From contig JACRGH010000052.1 of assembly GCA_016212375.1 (NCBI GenBank), positions 1 to 59,325 on the forward strand: a stretch of 59,325 nt of DNA, read 5' to 3'. Below the pieces are notes generated by a model. That model made no database searches. It saw only the letters and a list, made by a program, of their open reading frames with translations, and had not been told where the DNA came from. Made by a program: the position numbers and the translations under genes. The DNA is from Candidatus Micrarchaeota archaeon (lineage in GTDB: Archaea > Micrarchaeota > Micrarchaeia > Norongarragalinales > Norongarragalinaceae). Positions 10,586 to 20,538 of the stretch are shown here, one piece after another (the stretch's first letter is position 1; every line of letters starts with the position of its first letter).

Positions 10586-11324
10586 ATGATTGACGCCGAC
10601 TTGACCATCGCCAAAATCATTAACGAAGCCAACGGGGTCAAGACGTTCCGATTCAGCCTTGCGGACTTGCCTGCGGGCCAAACCTTGGGACAAAAACCGG
10701 GTCAATTCGTCTCGGTCCAAATCCCGACCGCCTCAGGCATCCAAATCCGCTCGTTTTCCATTTCATCCTCCCCATTGGAGCTGGACCACTTGGACATCAC
10801 GGTCAAGCGCTACGAGGACAGCTTGGCGGCAAAGGCCTTGCACGAATTGAAAGAGGGCCAGAAATTGCACCTCAAGGCGCCGTTTGGCAGGTTTACGTTC
10901 AACGATGCGGACCAAAACCCCGTCTTCATCGCCGGAGGAAACGGTGTCACGCCGCACATGGCCATGATACGCTACATCGTCGAAAAAAAACGCTCCCAGA
11001 AGCCCATTTTGATTTACAGCAACCGGACGCAAGACGACATCATTTTCAAGGACGAATTGGAACAATACGGCCGGGATAAAAAAAATCGTAGCCGACATCA
11101 CCCTGACCAATGAACCGGAAGGCACCAATTGGGCCGGCTTGCGGGGCAGGATTGACGCGGCCATGATTACTACGCTTGCCTCACCCTTGAATGAAAAAAC
11201 GTTTTTCCTCTGCGGCCCGCCGGACATGGTCAAAGCGATGAAAGGGACGCTGTTGGGCCTAGGCGTGGCCGATACGCAAATCAAGATGGAGCAGTTCATC
11301 CGGCCGCCCAAAAAAGCGGTTTGA
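10586..11324 (+). pseudogene. FNR-like FAD/NAD-binding oxidoreductase split by a frameshift in an A8 run (11078..11085)
   Basis: PGQF, RSFSISS, APFGRF and AGGNGVTP in the first frame; GRID and FLCGPPDM in the next. Removing one A joins them. Confidence 0.8.
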
Positions 11325-11370
11325 AACGAAAAAGAAACAAGGAAAAAGAAGAAAAAACAAGTGAAAGGCC

Positions 11371-11814
11371 ATGTACGTCGAACGACCCCGCAAATCCCTC
11401 TTGGTTAACACAGTCATCACATTGGCCATCGTGGCATTGGGCGTGGCATTTTGGTTCACGGTGAATTCAAGAAATGCCCCAAGTGGCGCGTTTTTGGCCG
11501 TTGGCACCGCAGTGGTCGCAGTTGCATACGTCCTGATTGCCTTTTACACCATGGAATACCGCATTACGACCGATGAATTGCAAATCCGATATCCGCCCTT
11601 TTTGTACCGCATACCCAAGCGCGACATCCGCCGCATCGAGGTGGCAAAACTGCCTTGGTGGCGCGGCGTAGGAGTAAAAATGGGTTGGCACCGGATTGCA
11701 TTCACCACACGCTACGGCCAAGCGATGCACATCGAACGCAAAACCGGATTTTTCCACGACGTGTGGCTGACGCCGGATGAACCGGACGCGTTCGCTGCCA
11801 AGTTGAAAAAATAA
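11371..11814 (+). CDS. Membrane protein with bacterial PH-like domain
   Basis: Two TM helices, then YRITTDELQIRY...IPKRDIRRI...LTPDEPDAF. Confidence 0.7.
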   Translation: MYVERPRKSLLVNTVITLAIVALGVAFWFTVNSRNAPSGAFLAVGTAVVAVAYVLIAFYTMEYRITTDELQIRYPPFLYRIPKRDIRRIEVAKLPWWRGVGVKMGWHRIAFTTRYGQAMHIERKTGFFHDVWLTPDEPDAFAAKLKK

Positions 11815-11882
11815 GGGAAAAAAAGCCAGTCAAACATAAAAATGAAAGCCGGGCTATAGCCCAAAGCGGAAATAAAAAAAAC

Positions 11883-13004
11883 TCAAGTCCGCTCCTCACT
11901 CATCACGATTTTGACCAATTCATCCAAGGATTCCTTAACTGCGGCCTGAAGGTCCCAGTTCTTGAAATGGTCCTTGCGGTCGTGGGGGTGGGCGGCAAAG
12001 ACCTTTCCTTTGACCGTCAATCGGCTCTTGATTTCATACTGGCGGCGGGCACCTCCCGTGTTTTTGGCCTTGATATCCACAACCAACTCATCATCCGGCT
12101 GCAAATCCACCCGGCTTGAGAGTTTGTCCCAGTATTTGGCGCCGATGTCCTCCAACGACGTCTTGAAGATATGCTCCTCGGAATTCAGACCCAAAAAACG
12201 CACGTTGGCCCGCTCGTGAACCAAGCAGGCTTCGAACACGTCGCGGACGGTCAGGACCCCGGTAAGCGTCCCGCCGGATACGACGGCAAAGGAGGAGACG
12301 CCGTTTTTCTGCATGAGTTCCACCGCATCTCCGACGGGCTTGTCGGCCGAAACGGTTTGAGCGGGGCTGGTCATGATGCTGGATACGGGCTCCTCATCGA
12401 TGCGCACTTTGGGGGTGTCAAAATAGTAGTATTGGCGGCGGTTGTCCTTGGGGTCGGCTTGCACCCGCGTGGCCAAGTCAAACGAGGAGACCATGCCGAC
12501 GACCTGGCGTTTGCCATTGATGACGACCAAACGGAATATTTTTCCATCCTTCATTGCGTTGCGGGCCTGGGCGATGCTCGCCGTGTCCAAGATGCTCAAC
12601 GCCGGCGCACTCATGATTTCAATGACTTTCTTGCCGTGCAAATGCGATGCGTTCTTGACCAACGCCAATGCCTTCCAGCGGGTGACGGCACCGACGACTT
12701 TGTCGGTTTTATCCAAAACGGGCAGGACCTTGGTCTGGGTGGCAAGCAATTTGCGGACCACTTCTTCGTCGGAATCTTCCGCACGTAAGACGGGGGGTTT
12801 GACGGCCAGATGCTGGCATTTGGTCTTGGACGGATCGGCGTAAAAATCACGCAACACGCGACTGTCGACTACGCCTGCGTATTTGTTCGTTCCATCGGTT
12901 ACGATGAAGTAATCGTCGTTTCGCTGTTTTAACTGGCCGATGGCCTTGGATAACGTCTCATTCCCATCAATCATGACGGGGGTTTCGATGACTTGTTGAT
13001 CCAT
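11883..13004 (-). CDS. 4xCBS protein with C-terminal HPF/RaiA-like domain (Hib-type ribosome hibernation factor candidate)
   Basis: Four CBS repeats; C-terminal YEIKSRLTV...WDLQAAVKESLDELVK; SD GAGGTG. Confidence 0.7.
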   Translation of the reverse strand: MDQQVIETPVMIDGNETLSKAIGQLKQRNDDYFIVTDGTNKYAGVVDSRVLRDFYADPSKTKCQHLAVKPPVLRAEDSDEEVVRKLLATQTKVLPVLDKTDKVVGAVTRWKALALVKNASHLHGKKVIEIMSAPALSILDTASIAQARNAMKDGKIFRLVVINGKRQVVGMVSSFDLATRVQADPKDNRRQYYYFDTPKVRIDEEPVSSIMTSPAQTVSADKPVGDAVELMQKNGVSSFAVVSGGTLTGVLTVRDVFEACLVHERANVRFLGLNSEEHIFKTSLEDIGAKYWDKLSSRVDLQPDDELVVDIKAKNTGGARRQYEIKSRLTVKGKVFAAHPHDRKDHFKNWDLQAAVKESLDELVKIVMSEERT

Positions 13005-13226
13005 AGGGGTTACCACCTCAGCGCGACAATCGGCCCAAAAAACATAGGGTCAAATCGTCAAAGCCGTTCAAACCATTCCAATTGTCCAATGCCTAATTAC
13101 GAAGTCAAAGTAGAATAAGCTTTCGCGGATATCCGGCCCAAAAAATCACGGGCATAGGCGTAAAAGGCAACCGATGACCCTTCCGGGAAAAAAGCCAAGA
13201 CACCGACAAGATAAAAAAAGAAAGGA

Positions 13227-14288
13227 TTAACGCGTAATCTTCGCGTCCTTGTAGACGTCCAAGAACCTCGGGTTTTTCTCAAAATGCGTGCGGACCGGCT
13301 CCAACACGCGGTTGACGTGCGAGGCCACGCCGTTTTTGAGGTCCATCGGATGCAGTTTTCCGGCGGCAAAGTCCACCTCCAGTTGGCCGTATGACTCGTA
13401 CCACACGTCGCCGCCGAACTTTTCCGGCCGCTCGATGCGCAAAGAACCGATGGAGGGGAAAATCAGGTACTTAGCCCAATCCAACACGGGGTTGTCAGCA
13501 ACCGTCTTTTCCGGACAGAAAGCTTTCTTGAATTTGGACTTGATTTCAACATCAGTGTCGTGAATGAAAACCGCGGAATCGGGTTTTGACTTGCTCATTT
13601 TCTGCAACATGACGCGCTCTTCGATGTCGTCGGTTTTCGGCGGCTCGCCTAAGGCGGGCAAGAGGTGGTGATGGACGCACACCGGGGGCTTCCAACCCAT
13701 TTTGGGGTAGACTTCGCGTGCCAAAACGTGGATTTTACGCTGGTCCATGCCGGCGTGCGCAATGTCCGCGCCCAATTCGTGGATGTCCACGCCCTGCATG
13801 GACGGGTAGAAAAACTGGGACACATGGAGCGTCTCTTTTTCCGAGCGGCCCATGATGGTCAGACATCGGGTGGCGCGGGCCATGGTCACGTGGTTGGAAA
13901 ACTCCAACACCTTGCGCCAGAACTCGTCGTTGGAGCGGTAAAGGTCGGAGCCGTGGACGATTTTGACACCCGGGCAGAAAAATTTGAAGGCGGCCTCGTA
14001 GTATTTGGCGGCTTGCTGGATTTTGTCCCAATCCCCGTCCATCTTGCGGTTGATGACGGAATGCCAATCCGCCAAGAATACCTGGCACTCCACGCCGGCT
14101 TTGAGAAGATTGTTGATGACCAAACCATTGGCCACCAACGAGCCCACGTGAAGCAGACCGGAAATCTCGAAACCGATGTAGTGCTTGGGCTTTTTGTTCG
14201 TCTCAAATAAGGTAGTCAGCTCGTCAGTCTGGATGATTTCCTCGACCGGCAAGGCGGTTGCCAATTCGACTTTGCTTTGGACGTCCAT
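13227..14288 (-). CDS. tyrS: Tyrosine--tRNA ligase (archaeal type)
   Basis: YIGFEISGLLHVG; YPSMQGVDI; GMDQRK; KMSKS; LHPMDLK. Confidence 0.95.
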   Translation of the reverse strand: MDVQSKVELATALPVEEIIQTDELTTLFETNKKPKHYIGFEISGLLHVGSLVANGLVINNLLKAGVECQVFLADWHSVINRKMDGDWDKIQQAAKYYEAAFKFFCPGVKIVHGSDLYRSNDEFWRKVLEFSNHVTMARATRCLTIMGRSEKETLHVSQFFYPSMQGVDIHELGADIAHAGMDQRKIHVLAREVYPKMGWKPPVCVHHHLLPALGEPPKTDDIEERVMLQKMSKSKPDSAVFIHDTDVEIKSKFKKAFCPEKTVADNPVLDWAKYLIFPSIGSLRIERPEKFGGDVWYESYGQLEVDFAAGKLHPMDLKNGVASHVNRVLEPVRTHFEKNPRFLDVYKDAKITR

Positions 14289-14390
14289 AATCCAGAACCT
14301 TGGAAACTTGGGCTTTTAAGCTCTTTCCAGCCTTCACAATATCATGGCGCGGAAAAAAAGAAAACGGACGGCACAAACCAAACTCGCGTA

Positions 14391-14879
14391 ATGCCCGCCA
14401 ACGCCGCGCCAATTGTCGCAAATCCCGAAAAATCGGTTCCCGCAATAAAAATCAAGAAAAACGCCCTTTTGAGCGCTTTGGAGGGCGCCAAGAACATGCA
14501 TCCGGATGAATTCATCGCCTTATTCCGAGGAAACGAGCAATCGGATACGTCCGGCAAGACCAAAAAAGGAGGCATTGATATCAGCCAAAAGAAAGACGGC
14601 AAGCCGGATCTTTTACTCACCGAACTCATCATCCCGCCCTTTGCCACCGGGGATGAGGATTCGTCATCGTATTCGCCTTATTTCATCCCCGCCAACTCCT
14701 CGGAAAAAGCTTCGTTCCACTCCCACCCCGACCCGGACACGGCGTATCCCTCGGATGAGGACTTGTATTACATGGCGCGCTCCGGCGGAGTTCACTTCAT
14801 CGCCTGTTGGCCGTTCCGGATGCAGGACGTGGCGTGTTTTGACGCGGCAGGAAAACCCCAGCCATTTGCCATTGTTTGA
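14391..14879 (+). CDS. JAB/MPN (JAMM) metalloprotease
   Basis: HPDEF...HSHP...PSDED motif. Confidence 0.85.
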   Translation: MPANAAPIVANPEKSVPAIKIKKNALLSALEGAKNMHPDEFIALFRGNEQSDTSGKTKKGGIDISQKKDGKPDLLLTELIIPPFATGDEDSSSYSPYFIPANSSEKASFHSHPDPDTAYPSDEDLYYMARSGGVHFIACWPFRMQDVACFDAAGKPQPFAIV

Positions 14880-15040
14880 AAATGCCCTGCGTTGAGAGGG
14901 AATCGGCAAGTGTCGGACGGCAGGTCGATGCAAAAGCCGTTTTAAGCGCAAAGGTACAATAGAAGCTCAAGAAAACCGAAAAAATAACACAAATACGCGT
15001 AACCAAATCTCAAAACCGTTTACCAAAGGTGTCAAACATT

Positions 15041-16240
15041 ATGCGGATTGCTCGCCGATTGGACGGAGTGACGTACGCCGTGCGTGACGTCGTGGCCGAA
15101 GCGCAGAAATTGGAAAAACTGGGCCACAAAATTTTGAAACTCAACATCGGCGATCCCAACGCGTACGACTTGGACACACCGCAATACATCAAAGACGCGC
15201 TGGCCAAAGCGGTTGCGTCCGGACATAACGGTTATTCCGATTCCCAAGGTTATTTTCCACTGCGCGAAGCAGTGGTGCAATTCAACAAGGGCAAAGGATT
15301 TGACAGCACGGCGGACAACGTCGTCGTCACGTCGGGCCTATCCGAGGCAGTCAACCTATTGTTTGGGGCCATGGTTGAGCCGGGCGACAACGTCGTCATC
15401 CCATCGCCGTCTTACCCTCTTTACGATGCCTTTGTTTCCTATTACGGCGGCGAAAAACGCCTTGCCCTTTTGGACGAGTCCAACGGCTGGGCTCCCGATG
15501 TGGACGACTTGCGAAAACGGGTGGACGAAAACACCCGCGCCATCGTGGTCATCAACCCCAACAACCCCACCGGCTCACTGTATCCGGAAAAAGTCCTGCG
15601 CGACGTCATTTCTGTCGCCGGCGAGTACGACATTCCCATTTTGGCCGACGAAATTTACGACGAATTAGTGTACGAAAAGACGCCCAAATCCATGGCATCC
15701 CTGACCAAAGACGTGCCCATCGTCGCCATGAACGGCCTATCCAAGAACTTCATCGCACCCGGCTGGCGCGTGGGCTGGATTACGTTCTGCAACTTCCCGG
15801 ATGACAGCCTCAAGAACGCATTCATGCAATTGGCCCGCATCCGACTGTCCTCCAACTTCCCGGCCCAGGTGGCAACCGTCGAAGCCCTCAACAACCGCAA
15901 GGCGTATGTCGCTGCCAAAGCCGAATTCATCCCGAAACTGCAAAAACGCCGCGACATCACCTACAAGCGTTTGAACGAAATCCACGGTTTGTCTTGCGTG
16001 AAGCCGGAAGGCGCTTTTTATGCATTCCCCAGAATAAATGAAGGGCCCTGGCCCACGGACAAGGAATTCGTGCTCCAACTCCTCCGCGAGAAACATGTCC
16101 TGACCGTTTATGGCGTGGGTTTCGCCCAACCGGCCAACACACGCCATTTCCGCACCGTTTTCCTGCCCAATGAACAAATTCTTGAGGAAAGCTTTAACCG
16201 GATTGAGGCGTTTATGAAGGAGAACGTCGGAAAAAAATAA
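15041..16240 (+). CDS. Class I PLP aminotransferase (alanine transaminase-like)
   Basis: LNIGDP; INPNNPTG; DEIY; NGLSK...PGWRVGW. Confidence 0.9.
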   Translation: MRIARRLDGVTYAVRDVVAEAQKLEKLGHKILKLNIGDPNAYDLDTPQYIKDALAKAVASGHNGYSDSQGYFPLREAVVQFNKGKGFDSTADNVVVTSGLSEAVNLLFGAMVEPGDNVVIPSPSYPLYDAFVSYYGGEKRLALLDESNGWAPDVDDLRKRVDENTRAIVVINPNNPTGSLYPEKVLRDVISVAGEYDIPILADEIYDELVYEKTPKSMASLTKDVPIVAMNGLSKNFIAPGWRVGWITFCNFPDDSLKNAFMQLARIRLSSNFPAQVATVEALNNRKAYVAAKAEFIPKLQKRRDITYKRLNEIHGLSCVKPEGAFYAFPRINEGPWPTDKEFVLQLLREKHVLTVYGVGFAQPANTRHFRTVFLPNEQILEESFNRIEAFMKENVGKK

Positions 16241-16280
16241 AAAAAAGTGTAAAAAAAGAAAAAAAGGTCCCGGATTAAAT

Positions 16281-16916
16281 ATGGTTCGCGCATACACGGA
16301 AAAAATATTCAAACGTAACAGTCCTTTTGGTGACCAACCGCACAAACCCGGACTTTGGAAGGTCACTGGCCAAATCGAAGCAGAAGATAAATATAGAGGA
16401 ATACCGATTCCGTCATTGCGTCTTACGACTTCGGGGAAGCTGATTAAAACGGCCGAATTGCACCTATTCGACCGACCTGAACTGGGACCCCACTTTCTTC
16501 TTGATATCAAAGAACCGGAAAGTAAAACCCCGGACTTAGTAGCGGTGACGATTGACACAGAATTCGTCAGAAGCCAAGTCAAAAAACCACTTAATTCCAG
16601 AGTCAGGCCACAAGTAAAGGTGTTTTGTTACAAACCAGGGGTTGAAGGTGAATTAGAGCCGCATCCGCAAAAAGAAGTCATCCTCCAGCGGTTGGCAGAA
16701 CTATTCTGGCATGCAGGAAAAAATGCAAGCGAATTTCAAAAACAAGGAAAGTCATCGGAAACGTATCCGAGCAGCCTTTCGGCTAAAGCGTTGAAACGAA
16801 TTTCCATCGCATTGATTCACGCGGCGGATATCGGGATGGCAGACAAAGCAAAAAAAATCAGGCAGTCCAATGCCAATCGGCAACCACAATACCAACATGG
16901 TCCCGCGCGGAAATGA
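16281..16916 (+). CDS. Hypothetical protein (ORFan-like)
   Basis: Long ORF, visibly more AT-rich than neighbours; no motif recognised. Confidence 0.6.
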   Translation: MVRAYTEKIFKRNSPFGDQPHKPGLWKVTGQIEAEDKYRGIPIPSLRLTTSGKLIKTAELHLFDRPELGPHFLLDIKEPESKTPDLVAVTIDTEFVRSQVKKPLNSRVRPQVKVFCYKPGVEGELEPHPQKEVILQRLAELFWHAGKNASEFQKQGKSSETYPSSLSAKALKRISIALIHAADIGMADKAKKIRQSNANRQPQYQHGPARK

Positions 16917-16963
16917 GGGAAAAATATTAACTAAAAAGGCCTAACCGGTTCGAGGTGTTTTCG

Positions 16964-17425
16964 ATGAAGTATGAAACCCGGGATGTCTCACGGACGAACA
17001 TGTGGCGCGGAACGCCTGGCTCCAAACGGTTTATTTTCAACCCATTTCACCGGATGAATGACGAGGCAGGAATACAAAACGGGGAATTCAACCTCGGAGG
17101 CAAGGAAAGTTCGTCCCACCTCCATCTGAGAAACGGCGAGGGCCATTCGATTTCCATCCTATTCAGTCCGGAACTTTTCACGAAAGTCGGATTGAACCGC
17201 ACGGATTACCGCGATGCCGTCCAACGGGGCCAAGGTGAACCGGTGGCGGTGATGCACGCCCAAGAAGGCGGCGGTGCAATATCCCCAGTCCAAATGGAAA
17301 AAATGAAAAAAATAGCATTACAGGCATTGGGGCAGCTCGGAAAAGAAAAAGGCTATAAAAACGCCCTAAAACTTGCAAAAATGGCGATGGATGAAGACAA
17401 CGCCCCGGCCAGAAAAGCGGCCTAG
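16964..17425 (+). CDS. Hypothetical protein
   Basis: SD GAGGTG upstream of ATG 16964. Confidence 0.65.
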   Translation: MKYETRDVSRTNMWRGTPGSKRFIFNPFHRMNDEAGIQNGEFNLGGKESSSHLHLRNGEGHSISILFSPELFTKVGLNRTDYRDAVQRGQGEPVAVMHAQEGGGAISPVQMEKMKKIALQALGQLGKEKGYKNALKLAKMAMDEDNAPARKAA

Positions 17426-17504
17426 TGGACGATTAAAACCACTCCGGCAAAAAACAATGCACATTTGAAAATTGCAGCCAATGCAAAAAACGGAACGATT
17501 GAAT

Positions 17505-18707
17505 ATGCAAAAAGACTTCTACGCCGAATCGATGAAATTGCACCGAAAGGTCCGCGGCAAAGTGTCAACCGAGTCCAAAGTCCCCTTGAGCTCGAAAGAC
17601 GATTTGAGCATCGCCTACACGCCCGGCGTGGCCGAACCTTGCCGCGAGATTGCGCGGAATCCGGAAGCCGCATTTGACCTGACCATCCGGGCCAACACCA
17701 TTGCGGTGGTATCCGACGGCTCGGCGGTATTGGGGCTTGGAAATATCGGCGGATTGGCGGGATTGCCCGTCATGGAAGGAAAGTGCCTTCTGTTCAAGGA
17801 GTTCGGCGGCATCAACGCGTTTCCCATCTGTTTGCAGACACAGGACCCCAAAAAGATCGCCGACATCGTCGAAGAGATTTCCATCAATTTCGGCGGCATC
17901 AACTTGGAAGACATTGCTTCACCCAATTGCTTTGAAGTGGAGCGCCTGCTCCGGGAGCGCTTGGACATTCCCGTATTCCATGACGACCAGCACGGCACCG
18001 CCATCGTGGTCATGGCCGCCCTCATCAATGCCTGCAAGGTCACTGGGAATAAAATGAAGGATTTGAACGTGGCCTTTAGTGGGGCGGGTGCTGCGGGTTT
18101 GGCCATTTCGCGCTTTTTGCTCGGCATCGGCCGCAAACCCGACGAATACATCGTCAAGAATATCATTTTGTGCGACTCACACGGCATCGTCTCCCGCGAC
18201 CGCAAGGACCTGAATTGGGCCAAAGCGGAAATCGCGAAGATAACCAACAAATCCAACCGAAAAGGCACCATGGCAGACGCCATGAAGGGAGCCGACGTGT
18301 TCATTGGCGTATCCGTCAAAGGCGTCGTTACCCAGGAAATGGTCAAATCCATGGCCAATAACGCCGTGGTCTTAGCCATGGCCAATCCGGAGCCGGAAAT
18401 CTGGCCCGAAGATGCCTTGAAAGCCGGCGCCAAGATTGTCGGCACCGGCAGAAGTGACTTGCCAAACCAAATTAACAACGTCTTGGCGTTTCCCGGGGTC
18501 CTGAAAGGCGCATTGGACGCCCGCGCCACGCAAATCAATGAGGAAATGAAGCTTGCAGCCGCGTTGGCTATTGCGAATCATTTGCCGAAGCCTACCGCCG
18601 GCCAAATCGTGCCCAGCGCGTTGGACCGAACCGTCGGGAAAGCCGTGGCGAAAGCGGTGGCGGATGCGGCGATAAAGACGGGAGTAGTACGGCACAATAA
18701 AACATAA
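17505..18707 (+). CDS. NAD(P)-dependent malic enzyme
   Basis: AYTPGVA; PVMEGK; NLEDI; FHDDQHGTA; GAGAAG; ANPEPE; NQINN. Confidence 0.95.
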   Translation: MQKDFYAESMKLHRKVRGKVSTESKVPLSSKDDLSIAYTPGVAEPCREIARNPEAAFDLTIRANTIAVVSDGSAVLGLGNIGGLAGLPVMEGKCLLFKEFGGINAFPICLQTQDPKKIADIVEEISINFGGINLEDIASPNCFEVERLLRERLDIPVFHDDQHGTAIVVMAALINACKVTGNKMKDLNVAFSGAGAAGLAISRFLLGIGRKPDEYIVKNIILCDSHGIVSRDRKDLNWAKAEIAKITNKSNRKGTMADAMKGADVFIGVSVKGVVTQEMVKSMANNAVVLAMANPEPEIWPEDALKAGAKIVGTGRSDLPNQINNVLAFPGVLKGALDARATQINEEMKLAAALAIANHLPKPTAGQIVPSALDRTVGKAVAKAVADAAIKTGVVRHNKT

Positions 18708-18778
18708 CCGGCATGATCATCTCATTGACTTAATCAAAATAATATTCAGCGAATAATTTTAAATAATAAAAAACAAAG

Positions 18779-19063
18779 GTGGTTTTCTTGAAAGAAGAGA
18801 TTCGACCAAAAACAGCGGCTGAATACAAACTCGTGGAAGCCATGGGCCACACTTTCGCGGTAGATGCAAGAAACAGCGTCGTCGGAGTCACGTTCAATGG
18901 CGGCCTTCAAAAAACAATGACGGCAGGCAGTTTTGCAAACACAAAAATTGGCAATCAAGTGCACCGGATGTTCATTATTCATCCCGAAGAAAAACAAAGA
19001 ATCCAGCAAGCAATCGAGCTGAAAATAGAAGAACAAGAAAAAAATAAAAAAAATAGGCGTTAG
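18779..19063 (+). CDS. Hypothetical protein
   Basis: Short ORF after an AT-rich promoter-like tract. Confidence 0.45.
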   Translation: MVFLKEEIRPKTAAEYKLVEAMGHTFAVDARNSVVGVTFNGGLQKTMTAGSFANTKIGNQVHRMFIIHPEEKQRIQQAIELKIEEQEKNKKNRR

Positions 19064-19122
19064 TGAACCCGCAAATCAATGAATTCCAGTTGGGTCAGCG
19101 ACTCAATCACGCGTAGCGGTGC

Positions 19123-19695
19123 TTAAAGCGGCTTGACGTACAACAAAACGTCCTTCCCCCAAATCTTCTGAGCCAACTTGCCCCGTTTGACAAAGCCGGC
19201 CTTTTCATAGATACAGATGGCCGTTGCGTTGCTTTCTTCCACCAACATCACCACCTGCGTACACCCCGTGGTTTTGGCCTCGCTCAACGCGGCCGCCAAT
19301 AACTTTTTGCCCCAGCCATGGCCTTGAAGTTCGGGTACCACGCAAAGCCCGAGTATTTTGGCGGTTTTCTGGGCCGGGAGTGGGGGTTTTTCGGTTATTG
19401 CGTGACGGGGGTTGGGCTCGTCATTGAGCTCAAAGTCGATGAAACCGACCAATTCGGCAGTTCCATCGACGTCGGACCGTTCCAAGACAAAATAAACCAC
19501 TCCCGTTTTAATCCGCTCAAAGACGTGGTCCGCGCTGATGTGGATGTAGGAAAAGAAGCGTTTGGTCAACTCGGACAAGCGGACCGAGTCGGAGGTGACG
19601 GCGCGGCGTATGTGAATTGGGGAAACCAATGCGGTTTCCAATGACACGTTGGAAGGTGGGCGATAATCCAATTCGTTTGTATTTAAGGGGTCCAT
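19123..19695 (-). CDS. GNAT (RimI-like) acetyltransferase
   Basis: LCVVPELQGHGWGKKLL; NATAICIYEKAGF. Confidence 0.85.
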   Translation of the reverse strand: MDPLNTNELDYRPPSNVSLETALVSPIHIRRAVTSDSVRLSELTKRFFSYIHISADHVFERIKTGVVYFVLERSDVDGTAELVGFIDFELNDEPNPRHAITEKPPLPAQKTAKILGLCVVPELQGHGWGKKLLAAALSEAKTTGCTQVVMLVEESNATAICIYEKAGFVKRGKLAQKIWGKDVLLYVKPL

Positions 19696-20279
19696 GGGGT
19701 GCCGATATTCCAATCGGTTTCAAAAACCGACTCAAATGAATTGGCAACGTCGATGTTTTCAATGCTTACGGCCGCCTCGCGATTCAATTGCATGGCATGG
19801 CGGGACCAGTTGGTTGAGCCGACAAAGACGGCTTTTCGGTCCACCACCATGAATTTCGCGTGGGTAGAGGCAAAAGAACGGCTTGCCCAGCGTACGCGCA
19901 CGCCGGATTGGACCAGCTTTTCGGCGACGAATAAGTTGGAGTCGATTTTGGGATCCATCAACACGCGAACCGTTACACCGCGGGCCGCAGCCATTGCCAG
20001 CGCGACCTGAAGGGGGGTGTACGAAAATTGGTAAAGCATCACATCCAAACGGGCGTCCGCCGAGTCAATCAAATCCAAAAGGACCGGTTCGCTCTGGCCG
20101 GGCGAAAAAACCGGACGGACGAGCGCTGCATCCGCATTCAGCGAAGCGGAAGGCAACGGAACGAAGGCGTGGAAAATAAATCCGGCAATAAAAGAAAGGG
20201 CGGCCACGACGACCAAAAGAACCAGCGGGCGCTTGGGGCCGATCAAAACGGGGGAAAAACCGCGGGAAAACGTCGACAC
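19683..20279 (-). CDS. Membrane-anchored PLD-family (single HKD, Nuc-like) nuclease
   Basis: N-terminal TM; FSP; HAKFMVVD...VGSTNWS...NRE. Confidence 0.85.
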   Translation of the reverse strand: MSTFSRGFSPVLIGPKRPLVLLVVVAALSFIAGFIFHAFVPLPSASLNADAALVRPVFSPGQSEPVLLDLIDSADARLDVMLYQFSYTPLQVALAMAAARGVTVRVLMDPKIDSNLFVAEKLVQSGVRVRWASRSFASTHAKFMVVDRKAVFVGSTNWSRHAMQLNREAAVSIENIDVANSFESVFETDWNIGTPWTP

Positions 20280-20338
20280 GGAAACCTGGGCCGAAAATGG
20301 GACTTAAAGCTTGGGTGGAAAAAAAATCAACTCAGAAC

Positions 20339-20458
20339 CGCGGAGGGGAAGCGTCCCGTCCCAGTTTCATGGTCTTGCAAGCCATGGGCGGCTTGTAAGG
20401 CCACACAATTTTGCGAAAAAATTGTGCTGTCCTCCTGCCCCTCCCCTCAAATTCGCAC
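20339..20458. ncRNA. Candidate structured non-coding RNA, family unrecognised
   Basis: Closing stem GGAGGGG/CCCCTCC; 13-bp stem GGTCTTGCAAGCC/GGCTTGTAAGGCC; hairpin CACAATTTT/AAAATTGTG. Confidence 0.35.
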
Positions 20459-20538
20459 GAATCAAAAAAGAAGCGCCGGAATACAGGTAGTATTCATGCA
20501 AAAATGCGATGCGGCGGTTGCACCCCGGCGAATCCGTA

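Noticed and set aside
20339-20458. 5S rRNA, SRP RNA, RNase P RNA or tRNA-Cys
   Set aside because: Lacks the CCGAAC loop, the SRP GGAA helix-8 motif, GAGGAAAGTCC and a T-arm.
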